Source: Parcubacteria group bacterium GW2011_GWA2_51_10
GTDB taxonomy: Bacteria; Patescibacteriota; Minisyncoccia; Phycocordibacterales; UBA2100
DNA length: 64,000 bases
Assembly (NCBI GenBank): GCA_001004265.1
Contig: LCQS01000001.1
Location: 2,324-66,323, forward strand
Direction: 5' to 3'
Position 1 is the first letter of the stretch, and each line of letters starts with the position of its first letter. The notes under the pieces were generated by a model that made no database searches, was not told the origin of the DNA, and worked only from the letters and a program-made list of their open reading frames with translations. Below, in pieces: positions 41,529 to 50,181 of the stretch. The position numbers were made by a program, and so were the translations under genes.

Positions 41529-41972
41529 ATGCAGGTGATTTTGTTGAAGGACGTTGGTGGGGTAGGGCAGAGAAATACCGTCAAGGACATCTCGGATGGA
41601 TATGCAGTGAATTATTTAATTCCGAACGGATTGGCGCAGCAGGCGACCAAGAAGAGTCTCGCCAAACTGGAAACGATGCGGAAGGAAGAACAAGCGCGCA
41701 GTGCGCAAGTGAACGCCGGCTGGCAACGTCTTATAGAAATCCTACGGAAGAGTCCGATCACTGTCGCAGTGCGCGTGAATGACAAGGGGAGTCCATATCA
41801 GCATGTCACCGGCAGCGCGATTGAGAAGGCAATTCAGGACGTGCATGGACTTTCGATCCCGAAGGGTTCTGTCATCTTAGACAAACCGATAACGGCTGCC
41901 GGAGAGCACACCGTAGAAATGCGCCTCGGATCATCTACAGCGCAGATACAAGTAACAATCAAAGCGCTTTAG
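41529..41972 (+). CDS. rplI: 50S ribosomal protein L9
   Basis: MQVILLKDV..VG......I.DGYAVNYLIPNGLA. Confidence 0.93.
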   Translation: MQVILLKDVGGVGQRNTVKDISDGYAVNYLIPNGLAQQATKKSLAKLETMRKEEQARSAQVNAGWQRLIEILRKSPITVAVRVNDKGSPYQHVTGSAIEKAIQDVHGLSIPKGSVILDKPITAAGEHTVEMRLGSSTAQIQVTIKAL

Positions 41973-41977
41973 CCAGG

Positions 41978-42250
41978 TTAGACAACATCAACAATGCTGC
42001 GAGTGTTGGTGCGGCCGTCGAAGTTTGTCTTTCGTTTCGTGCGGAATTGAACGGTCCCGACAGTGAGCGCAAAGAGCGTATGATCGACTCCGACCCCGAT
42101 ATTCTTGCCAGGTAAAACTTTCGTCCCACGTTGGCGAATAATGATCTCGCCGACTTTCACGCTTTCGCCATCCGATTTTTTAATGCCGAGATACTTCGGA
42201 TTTGAATCGCGAAGATTTTTCGCTGTTCCGCCAGCTTTTGTATGTGCCAT
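41978..42250 (-). CDS. rpmA: 50S ribosomal protein L27
   Basis: MAHTKAGG...N.RDS, RQRGTK, DHTLFAL. Confidence 0.96.
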   Translation of the reverse strand: MAHTKAGGTAKNLRDSNPKYLGIKKSDGESVKVGEIIIRQRGTKVLPGKNIGVGVDHTLFALTVGTVQFRTKRKTNFDGRTNTRSIVDVV

Positions 42251-42315
42251 GTGAATAGCCTCTAGCTACGAGCTTCTAGCTTCTAGAAAAAGCTAAAATG
42301 TCATATCATTGAAGC

Positions 42316-42678
42316 ATGCGGAATATAGCAGAATTGCCTGGCCAAATCAAGCTTTGGGTGGGAAAAGTGGCGGAAGAGTGGGGGATTGCGATCATTGTGT
42401 TTCTCATTGCGCTTGGCTCGTTCGGGCTTGGACGGCTTTCTGCTATTGAGAGCGTCCGACCGCCTGTTTCGATAACCTCTGCTGCCGCGGCGAGCGCGCC
42501 CTTCTCGATGTCGGCGGGAGGACTCATCGTTGCGTCACGCGCGGGCGAGAAATATTTTTTTCCGTGGTGTTCGGGTGCACAGGCAATAGTCGAGAAGAAT
42601 AAGATATGGTTCCAGAGCGAAGAAGCCGCCCGTAGCGCAGGATATGCGCCGGCAAAAAATTGCAAAGGGCTCAAATGA
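42316..42678 (+). CDS. Membrane-anchored protein with Ada-metal-binding-like C-terminal domain
   Basis: TM helix, then VASRAGEKYFFPWC...F.SEEAA..AGY.PAKNC. Confidence 0.65.
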   Translation: MRNIAELPGQIKLWVGKVAEEWGIAIIVFLIALGSFGLGRLSAIESVRPPVSITSAAAASAPFSMSAGGLIVASRAGEKYFFPWCSGAQAIVEKNKIWFQSEEAARSAGYAPAKNCKGLK

Positions 42679-42768
42679 ACAGCTTGTAGCTTCTGGCTAC
42701 CGGTTGTGAGAAGATAGAAACTTAGTAGAAAATTTTCACTAGTCCGTAGAAGCTAGTCCCTAGAACCT

Positions 42769-43362
42769 ATGTTGATCGTCGACGTTGAAGCTTCGGGAAC
42801 TGATCCGCAGAAACATTCCATTGTGAGCGTCGGAGCGCTCGACTTTAGGAATCCTACAAATCGATTTTATGAAGAGTGCCGAATTTGGGACGGCGCTCAC
42901 ATCATGGACGAGGCACTGGCAGTTTGCGGCTTCACGAGAGAGCAAATTACCGATCCTTCTAAAATGAGCGAGGCAGATCTTGTCCACGCTTTTTTGACAT
43001 GGAGTGAGGATTTAGAGGAGCGGACACTGACGGGGCAAAACGTGTCTTTTGACAGAGATTTTTTGCGCCACGCCGCAGAACGGGCGGGGCATACCGATTG
43101 GCCATTCGCATATCGCACCATCGATACGCACTCTCTCTGTTATATGCACATGATACAGCACGGGCTTCAGCCGCCAGTCATGCACAAGCGCTCCGCGCTC
43201 GATCTGGATGCGGTACTGCGCTATTGCGGCATACCGGAGGAGCCCACTCCACACAATGCCCTTACCGGCGCGCTATCGCACGCGGAAGTGGTCGCGAGGC
43301 TTCTTTATGGACGCAAACTCCTCCCGGAATTTATGCAGTACGAAATACCTTGGTCCAGATAG
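42769..43362 (+). CDS. DEDD 3'-5' exonuclease
   Basis: IVDVEASG, QNVSFD, IDT, HNAL. Confidence 0.85.
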   Translation: MLIVDVEASGTDPQKHSIVSVGALDFRNPTNRFYEECRIWDGAHIMDEALAVCGFTREQITDPSKMSEADLVHAFLTWSEDLEERTLTGQNVSFDRDFLRHAAERAGHTDWPFAYRTIDTHSLCYMHMIQHGLQPPVMHKRSALDLDAVLRYCGIPEEPTPHNALTGALSHAEVVARLLYGRKLLPEFMQYEIPWSR

Positions 43363-43430
43363 TTGTGCGTGAGCATGTATATAACTTTCGTAAGGCACCT
43401 TACTACGAACCACGTACTACTAACTAATCC

Positions 43431-43934
43431 ATGCACTACCTTAGGAAGCTCGGAATGTACGTTTCGCTCTTTATTTTGTGGGCGGCGCATGTCGTGCGCT
43501 GGAATTTGGCATACCTGACGGGAAAGAAAGAATGGGCGAGGGGAGTGCGTGTCATACTGGTCAATGACAGAAGTGTCTTGCTCGTCTCGCACTGGTATGC
43601 GCCGTGGACCTGGACGCTGCCCGGCGGCAATATGGAACCTGGCGAAACAATAGAGCAAACAGGAATGCGCGAGACACGCGAAGAGGTCGGTCTGGAAATA
43701 AAATCGATCGCGGGAGTTATCGGCACTTACAGGGGTCCGCTAGGGAAGGGGGATAGTATCTCGGTCGTGTATACCGGCGATTTTGAAGGATCAATGTCGC
43801 TTACCCCTACTCTCGAAATTATGGCGCGCAGCTGGTTTGATATTGATAATCTGCCCCCGGAAATTTCTCCGGCTAATCGCAGGCGCATCGAAGCGTATCG
43901 AGCTGGCGTGAGGGAAGAGGTTGGCAAATGGTAA
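43431..43934 (+). CDS. NUDIX hydrolase
   Basis: Nudix box PGGNMEPGETIEQTGMRETREEVGL. Confidence 0.88.
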   Translation: MHYLRKLGMYVSLFILWAAHVVRWNLAYLTGKKEWARGVRVILVNDRSVLLVSHWYAPWTWTLPGGNMEPGETIEQTGMRETREEVGLEIKSIAGVIGTYRGPLGKGDSISVVYTGDFEGSMSLTPTLEIMARSWFDIDNLPPEISPANRRRIEAYRAGVREEVGKW

Positions 43935-44019
43935 AGCTGTGTCTTAATACTTATACTTATGCACATTCATGCGTTTTACATATATTGTACGAATGTGTAT
44001 GGATTGTTAGAATACGCTG

Positions 44020-44938
44020 ATGAAGACGCAGCGCGACACTCTCCCACTTCTCGAGTACATACTTCCGTTCCTCGACTACTGCGAGATTGAAAAAGGGCTA
44101 TCGAACAATACGCAGAAAAATTACCGCCAGTATCTCCTACTCTTCGTTAAGTGGCTTAAGGTAACCCCTATACCTCGCTCGTACCTATAGGACGCCCCGC
44201 GGCGGCTTTTTGGGCAAGAAGTCGCAAAATTACTATCTAATAGCGCTTCGCGCTTTACTTAATTTTTTGGCGGAGCGAGATATTCGGACGCTTCCCTCTT
44301 CTAAAATAAAACTTGCAAAGCAGAGGGGCGATGAGACTATTTCATTTCTCGAGGTGCGTGACATCGAAAAGATGCTGGACGTACCTGATATCAAGACGCC
44401 ATCGGGGTTGCGTGATCGTGCAATTATGGAGCTCCTCTTTTCTTCCGGGATGCGGATCTCGGAGCTCGTCGCACTCAATGCCGACCAGCTGTCGTTTTTG
44501 TCTGATAAGAGCACTTCGCGCACGTACGAGCTCTCAATTGTTGGCAAAGGCAAATACGTGAGAACAATTTTTGTTTCTCCTCGCGCGGCGCGCTGGCTTC
44601 GTGCACACATTGATTCTCGGCGCGATATGGAAAAACCTCTTTTTATCAATCGGCGCACGAAGGATCCTGAATCAAAACGACTTTCGCCACGTTACATCCA
44701 AACGATGATCTCGAAATATGCGATGTTGGCGGGTCTCTCGAAAAAGGTGACGCCGCATACACTACGGCACACGTACGCGACGGACCTATTGGCGCACGGC
44801 GCGGATTTACGCAGCGTACAAGAGCTCTTGGGACACAAAAATGTGGCGACGACGCAGATTTACACGCATGTCACGAATAAACGACTCAGGGATATACACG
44901 AAAAATTCCACGGCGGAAAGGAGCTTAGTGACAAGTGA
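44020..44938 (+). pseudogene. XerC/XerD-like tyrosine recombinase, frameshifted near 44167
   Basis: ATG at 44020 gives FLDYCEIEKGLS.NT..NY then a stop; another frame resumes at YLARTY and has RDRA, GMRISEL, GKG, HTLRH, LLGH, TTQIYTH. Confidence 0.8.
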
Positions 44939-45042
44939 CCGCCCGTTTTCCACAGCTTCGCATAGACAAGCGCTGGTCTGGCGGTATGGTTGCCGTGGTG
45001 ATGGTTATTTAACCCATGCAAATGGGCGGTAGCCATCACCAT

Positions 45043-45070
45043 GCAAAAACCACCTCCGGGTGGTTTTTGC
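45043..45070. terminator. Bidirectional intrinsic terminator
   Basis: GCAAAAACCACC-TCCG-GGTGGTTTTTGC perfect 12-bp stem, TTTT downstream on +. Confidence 0.8.
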
Positions 45071-45074
45071 TTTT

Positions 45075-45203
45075 CTAGCGCCTGCCTCTCGATGTGTAGG
45101 GATTCGAGCGGTCGTGCTCTTTAATTTTGACTCGCCTTCCGTTAATTTTTCGCACGTACGCAGGAATGCGGTTAAATGTTTGTCCCTTTTTAGTTTGGGC
45201 CAT
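45075..45203 (-). CDS. 42-aa basic small protein (absent from ORF track)
   Basis: MAQTKKGQTFNRIPAYVRKINGRRVKIKEHDRSNPYTSRGRR; GGAG upstream; stop 4 nt before the terminator. Confidence 0.55.
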   Translation of the reverse strand: MAQTKKGQTFNRIPAYVRKINGRRVKIKEHDRSNPYTSRGRR

Positions 45204-45371
45204 GTGTAAATACTAACTCCATCGTAGTGAGATTGTGAATTGCAGCTGTGCATAAACAGGGCCGCCCCGTCTACCATCGCTCCACAGGAGCGAGGTATTT
45301 CGCGGGGCGACGCCGGGCTTGTTTTTTGGAAGGCAAAGCGCCCTCCGGCGCTGCAAATCTGTTAGCCTCTC

Positions 45372-45413
45372 TACCCCGCAGCCTGCCTGCGCAGGCAGGC
45401 AAGCTGCGGGGTA
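45372..45413. repeat. Nested palindromes
   Basis: CCTGCCTGCGCAGGCAGG (45382-45399) inside TACCCCGCAGC..GCTGCGGGGTA. Confidence 0.85.
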
Positions 45414-45436
45414 TTCGGCTTCCAATAAGTGAGTTT

Positions 45437-46738
45437 TCAAACTTCCCCAAGCATAGGAAGTCCGAGGCGGCGGCGGGTGGTCTCGCCCTTGAAGAGATCC
45501 TGCGTGCGTTCTGCCGCGTGTCCTCGATCGCCAGCATGAGCGCCGTTTCGCATTGCCTGGAAGCTTGTTCCGAGAAAGACGGTGTGCTTGCCGTATCGCC
45601 CTGAAATCTCATCCACGCTTTCAAAGATTCGCTTGAGACCCTCGGACTTAGCCACGGAGCCGAATAAATCAAGCTGACCACCGCCGCCGTCAATTAATTT
45701 CATCATTGTGATGCCCGTGGCCCGGTAGAGGATATTTTTGTGAAAAATCTTGGGGAAGTGCTCCCCTGTCGCTTTCAGAATGTCGTGTGGTACGGAGCTC
45801 GGGAATGGCAATTTTATTTCGCACGCGTGATATTTGAATTCCTGCGTCTTGAGAAAAAAGACAATTTCCGATGCCACGAGGTCCCATCGGCGAAGTTTGA
45901 TGCATGCATTTTCGATATTTTTAGAAAGCTGCGAATACACAAATTCAGGATTCCGAGATGGTGGTGTGAATGTTTTTGTTTTCGAGATCGAAAGATGCGT
46001 CTGTCGGCCTTCCACATCCAATTCGTTCATGACTTCGCCGTTCAGTTCATGCCAAATCTCAATGAATGGTTTTGAGAGCATCGCCTTCACCCAGACCTCT
46101 TCCCTCTTGGCGAATTCCCACGCGGTGCGGATTCCATATGTATTTAAATATGCCGCCGTGTTCGGGCCCACGCCCCAAATCTTCTCGACCGGTGTTTTCT
46201 CCAAGTAGGCGCGGACGTCTTTGAGCGAGATGGCAGTCAGCCCATCGGGTTTTTTCCACTTCGAACCGATCTTTGCGAGTACCTTTGTCGCGGAAAGGCC
46301 GATGGAGAAAGTCATCCCCAGTTCCCTCTCCAAGTCCTGCTTAATGTGCTCGGCAATATTACGATATCCCATTCGATGTACGCGCCGCATACCTGACAAA
46401 TCCGCAAAGCATTCGTCAATGCTGTATTCCTCCACAGCCGGCGTGTAGCGCCGGACGATTTCATACATACGATTCGAGAATAGACTGTATGTCTCATAAT
46501 CCGACGGCAGGATAACCACACTCGGGCACACTCTCCGTATTTCAGAGAGCATCATGCCGCGCTTCACGCCCATGCGTTTGGCCTCATAGGTCATTGAGGA
46601 AGCGATACCGCGCTCTTTTCCTGTCACGACCGGCTTTCCTCGGAGTGCCGGATTTTTGGCAACCTCACACGATGCGAAAAAAGAGTCGCCATCGATGTGA
46701 AGAATCGCTCGCGGAAACGAATGTGAGATACCCCACAT
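45437..46738 (-). CDS. Y-family translesion DNA polymerase (DinB/UmuC-like)
   Basis: HIDGDSFFASCE, YSIDECF, KVLAKIGS...KPDG, WGVG. Confidence 0.93.
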   Translation of the reverse strand: MWGISHSFPRAILHIDGDSFFASCEVAKNPALRGKPVVTGKERGIASSMTYEAKRMGVKRGMMLSEIRRVCPSVVILPSDYETYSLFSNRMYEIVRRYTPAVEEYSIDECFADLSGMRRVHRMGYRNIAEHIKQDLERELGMTFSIGLSATKVLAKIGSKWKKPDGLTAISLKDVRAYLEKTPVEKIWGVGPNTAAYLNTYGIRTAWEFAKREEVWVKAMLSKPFIEIWHELNGEVMNELDVEGRQTHLSISKTKTFTPPSRNPEFVYSQLSKNIENACIKLRRWDLVASEIVFFLKTQEFKYHACEIKLPFPSSVPHDILKATGEHFPKIFHKNILYRATGITMMKLIDGGGGQLDLFGSVAKSEGLKRIFESVDEISGRYGKHTVFLGTSFQAMRNGAHAGDRGHAAERTQDLFKGETTRRRLGLPMLGEV

Positions 46739-46795
46739 AAGTTAGTGAGTAGTTAGTAGAAAGTAGTAAGTAGATAAGCAACCCATAGACCTCAT

Positions 46796-47362
46796 TCAGT
46801 ACTTACGGACGACGGCGGTTACTACTGCCTCTACTCTGAAATTCTCGGTAGGATAAATCGGTTTGTACTTTACATTCGCCGGCTCAAGAAAATATTTCCC
46901 GCTCTTTTTTCTAAGATATTTCATTGTGTATTCGTTATCTATACTCGCGATCACGATTTGCCCGGGCTTATAGGTGGCGCGACGCTCGACAATGACCATA
47001 TCTCCCGGATGTATGCCGGCGTCTATCATTGAGTCGCCTTTCACCTTGAGGATGTAGCTCGCCTCTTTATTTGGCGTGAGATACTCGTCAAAATCCATTA
47101 CGTCCATAAGCTCTTCCTCAGCCGGGCTCGGAAATCCCGCCTCTACAAGGCCAAGGAGGCGCGTGCTGCCTTTTATAGCCCTCGGGATAAGATGGCCAGA
47201 ATTGTCTTTGGAGACCAAACCCTCGGCTATAAGGCGCTCTAAGAGCTTAAAAACGGCGTTTTTAGACCTAAAACCTGTCAGGCCCATGATTTCCTTGTAT
47301 CCGGGCAAACGGCCGCTTTTATGATAAAAAGCGACGATCCTTTCTTTGTAGGTTTGATACAT
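46796..47362 (-). CDS. LexA/UmuD hybrid S24 peptidase-repressor
   Basis: N-terminal winged HTH (P.YKEI....GFRSKNAV), UmuD-type AGFPSPA cleavage site, GDSM Ser, TMK Lys. Confidence 0.88.
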   Translation of the reverse strand: MYQTYKERIVAFYHKSGRLPGYKEIMGLTGFRSKNAVFKLLERLIAEGLVSKDNSGHLIPRAIKGSTRLLGLVEAGFPSPAEEELMDVMDFDEYLTPNKEASYILKVKGDSMIDAGIHPGDMVIVERRATYKPGQIVIASIDNEYTMKYLRKKSGKYFLEPANVKYKPIYPTENFRVEAVVTAVVRKY

Positions 47363-47368
47363 CCCTAC

Positions 47369-47397
47369 ATCCTAGTGAACTCCAGTTCACCTGTCAA
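47369..47397 (-). promoter_or_regulatory. Promoter with SOS-box-like operator
   Basis: TTGACA, 17 nt, TAGGAT, 6 nt, ATG; spacer holds the palindrome GTGAAC-N4-GTTCAC (47375-47390). Confidence 0.85.
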
Positions 47398-47398
47398 A

Positions 47399-47785
47399 TC
47401 AATGAATATTTTCCGAGAACTTTGCTGCAACTTTCTCTCGAAGCTTTCTGATCTTTGGATCATTGCTGATTGCGGACGCCGTATCGAGCCTGTCGGACAA
47501 CACTTTCAATTCTTCAGGGGATCCTACTCCATACTTCTCTACCCACTGTTCCACTTCTCTGGTAATTTCATTCGCCACCTGCTTCGGCTTTAAAGATTCT
47601 GTACCATGCCACATGATTTTACCGCGTGACTGACGCAGTTCTTTCTTATGTGCATGGTCGAGCTTGATTTCGGTTACTGTTTTTTGCGGTACTGAGAGCG
47701 AAAGGGCGGATTTTATAAGGTGCCGAATTTGTCCTTCCGGATGCTCCCTCTTACGCCTACCAGTTCTTTCAGGACCCTGCCTCAT
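47399..47785 (-). CDS. Hypothetical protein
   Basis: 128-aa ORF; CATACT 6 nt upstream of ATG. Confidence 0.5.
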   Translation of the reverse strand: MRQGPERTGRRKREHPEGQIRHLIKSALSLSVPQKTVTEIKLDHAHKKELRQSRGKIMWHGTESLKPKQVANEITREVEQWVEKYGVGSPEELKVLSDRLDTASAISNDPKIRKLREKVAAKFSENIH

Positions 47786-47860
47786 ATATTCAGTATGGGA
47801 TGCATTATCAGAAAAGACAAGCGTGCGGTTTCCCGGCGCACGCTGTGAAGAGGGAGGATC

Positions 47861-48115
47861 TTATCGCCCGGTGCATCGTCTGCTTTTTTCGGGCTTGCCG
47901 TATTTCCGCGCCCGATGATGCCACCAGCCATGTGCTCTGCGTAGGCGTTCATGCTGTCGTAAATCAGCTTGCGCGCCCAGATAAGTCAACACGAGCGATG
48001 AGGTAACGATAAACAATATCCCCACCGCCGACGCAGGGTCGCCTATGCTACTGCCGACTATCCCTGTGACACTATTCAAGACAAGTGACAAAGTCACTTG
48101 GTTTTTCGTCTCCAT
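47861..48115 (-). CDS. Small orphan membrane protein
   Basis: GAGGG upstream; hydrophobic N-half, basic tail; stem GCGTGCG/CGCACGC (47821-47843) followed by U-rich run. Confidence 0.45.
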   Translation of the reverse strand: METKNQVTLSLVLNSVTGIVGSSIGDPASAVGILFIVTSSLVLTYLGAQADLRQHERLRRAHGWWHHRARKYGKPEKSRRCTGR

Positions 48116-48157
48116 TGGTCTCACCCTCGTTATTGTTCAGGTACTATAAAATCACAT

Positions 48158-48829
48158 ATGCCGAGCGAGAGCAATCTGCCGCGTTTGTATTATTATTCAG
48201 CGATGCGTCAATGGATTGCGCTACTGCAGAAAGATGAACGGAAATTATTTCGCACGCTTAATACTCCGCAGAAGATCCAAGATTACCTCGATACGTTGCC
48301 GATAAACTTTGAGAGAAACGGTGAGACATATATGTCACCTCGGCGAGTGATAAAGGCAGGCATCGCCCACTGTTTTGAGGGTGCGCTCTTTGCAGCGGCG
48401 GCATTGTGGTTCCACGGGCAAAGACCTTTAATCCTCGACTTGCGCACGGTGCCGTATGATGAAGATCACGTTGTCGCGTTATTTCAAACGGGCGGACTGT
48501 GGGGAGCCATAAGCAAAACCAATCATGCAATACTTCGCTACCGAGATCCGATATACAAAACGGTGCGCGAGCTCGCGATCTCTTACTTTCATGAGTACAT
48601 GCTCGAGAATCGGAAAAAAACATTGCGCGAATACTCTAAACCGTTCAATCTCTCGCGCTATAGTCCCGCGAAATGGATCACGGCGGAAGAGGAGCTTCAC
48701 TGGCTTGTAGAAGCGCTTGATACTAGTCCTCACTTCCCTATTGTCCCGTCGTCAGCCTTAAGAAAACTTCGTCTCATCTCGAAGCCTGAAGCTAAAATTC
48801 TCGAAATCACCGAATGGCCAAGGGACTAG
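48158..48829 (+). CDS. Conserved transglutaminase-like fold protein
   Basis: TPQKIQDYL, SPRRV, AHCFEGALFAAA, DHVVALF, WGAISKTNH; alternative start at 48203. Confidence 0.7.
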   Translation: MPSESNLPRLYYYSAMRQWIALLQKDERKLFRTLNTPQKIQDYLDTLPINFERNGETYMSPRRVIKAGIAHCFEGALFAAAALWFHGQRPLILDLRTVPYDEDHVVALFQTGGLWGAISKTNHAILRYRDPIYKTVRELAISYFHEYMLENRKKTLREYSKPFNLSRYSPAKWITAEEELHWLVEALDTSPHFPIVPSSALRKLRLISKPEAKILEITEWPRD

Positions 48830-48909
48830 TTGGTGGTCAGTAGTAAAGTAGCGAATGCCAAGGAAATAGGTTGCGTTTTAACTACTTACTACTAACTACT
48901 TTCTACTCA

Positions 48910-50181
48910 CTAGAGATAATTCATCGGATTCAAATATCCCGATAGAGGCGCTATCGGCATCATCGCCTCGGAGCAAGAGGTTTTCTTGTTTGTCGCATCG
49001 CCCAATTTCATTATTTGGGTTGCAGTAGAAGCATAGACGCCGAAATGCAAGTGCGGTCCGGTAGCGTATCCCGTCTGGCCGCTGTAGCCGATTACCTGTC
49101 CGCCAACAACCGATTCTTCTGCGGTAACATTGATTTGCGAGAGGTGGGCGTAGAGCGTATCGAGTCCGTTTTCATGGCGCACGAGAACCCATCTGCCATA
49201 CGAATAGCACCCCTTCACGGAGCCTGTATCGCCCGTGCCTTTCACGACTCCCCCACGAGCCGCTCTTACGGGTGTGCCGATCGAAGCGGCAAGGTCGATG
49301 CCATTGTGGCCCTTCCCGTTGTACGCACCGGCGAGCGCGAAACTAGAATTGCCAAATTCTTGCGTAAGACGTACTTTGTCGAGCGGCCACTGCAGAATCC
49401 CCTTTCCTACGGCCGTGATTTTCGACGGATCGACGGTGTATTGCAGTCTCGCCTGCAGATCCAGAAGTGCGCTTTCAAAGTTCGCCTTCGCAGCCTGCTT
49501 CTGCGCGAGTAGTGCCTGGTATGTTGATTCTTGCGATTTCGTCTCAGCCAAGAGGTCTGCTTGCGCCTTGCGCGTGGCATTCAGCGAGCCTTGCTGGGTT
49601 AAAAGTGTTTGCTGCTCCTTCTGCAATTGCACGCGTTTTTTCTCGGCGTCAGTCTTAATTTCTGTCAGGGATTCCTTTTCCGTCGCAAGGCGATCGATGT
49701 CATCGCTCACGGCGTCTTGAATGTTCGCAATGGCATCTGCATCCTGCCATGCCTCGGAAATATTTTCCGCGGAAAGAAGGGAGATAGAGAATGGGATTTC
49801 TTCAGTTTGCGCCATTCGACGAATTGATTCCGCAAGTCCGGCCTCATTGCTTTCAATCGTGCTCTCTTTCTTAGCGATTCCGCCGGCAAGCTGCTGGATC
49901 TGCAGCTGCGTTGTTTTTATTTGATTTTTTGTCAGATTGATTGATGCCGTCAGTTTTTTGCGTTGAAGATCGAGTTGTGCGATCTGATTCTGGAGCGTAT
50001 TTTTTTGCTTCACTGTAGAATCGAGCTGCGTCTGGAATTGCGCGATTTCTTTATTCAGTTTTTCGATTTCTACGCTGTTGCGGTCTATCTCCTGTTGCAG
50101 CTCATCGCGAGTCTGTGCAAAAGAAACAAATGGCGCGGCAAATAGTACGATGAGAAGCACGAACGAAAGAGCCCTGCTCAT
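48910..50181 (-). CDS. Coiled-coil plus M23 peptidase (EnvC/NlpD-like murein hydrolase or activator)
   Basis: Signal peptide, long coiled coil, HNGID, LYAHL, TGPHLHF; ATG overlaps the gltX stop. Confidence 0.9.
   Translation of the reverse strand: MSRALSFVLLIVLFAAPFVSFAQTRDELQQEIDRNSVEIEKLNKEIAQFQTQLDSTVKQKNTLQNQIAQLDLQRKKLTASINLTKNQIKTTQLQIQQLAGGIAKKESTIESNEAGLAESIRRMAQTEEIPFSISLLSAENISEAWQDADAIANIQDAVSDDIDRLATEKESLTEIKTDAEKKRVQLQKEQQTLLTQQGSLNATRKAQADLLAETKSQESTYQALLAQKQAAKANFESALLDLQARLQYTVDPSKITAVGKGILQWPLDKVRLTQEFGNSSFALAGAYNGKGHNGIDLAASIGTPVRAARGGVVKGTGDTGSVKGCYSYGRWVLVRHENGLDTLYAHLSQINVTAEESVVGGQVIGYSGQTGYATGPHLHFGVYASTATQIMKLGDATNKKTSCSEAMMPIAPLSGYLNPMNYL

Noticed and set aside
45328..45368. 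GGCAAA-stem-GCAAA resembling a c-di-GMP-I riboswitch
   Set aside because: Loop is CTCC rather than GNRA, no convincing second stem, and no downstream gene on that strand
44020..47785. Prophage or integrative element around xer-polymerase-lexA
   Set aside because: No att repeats, adjacent tRNA, or structural/conjugation genes seen; the recombinase looks chromosomal Xer-type
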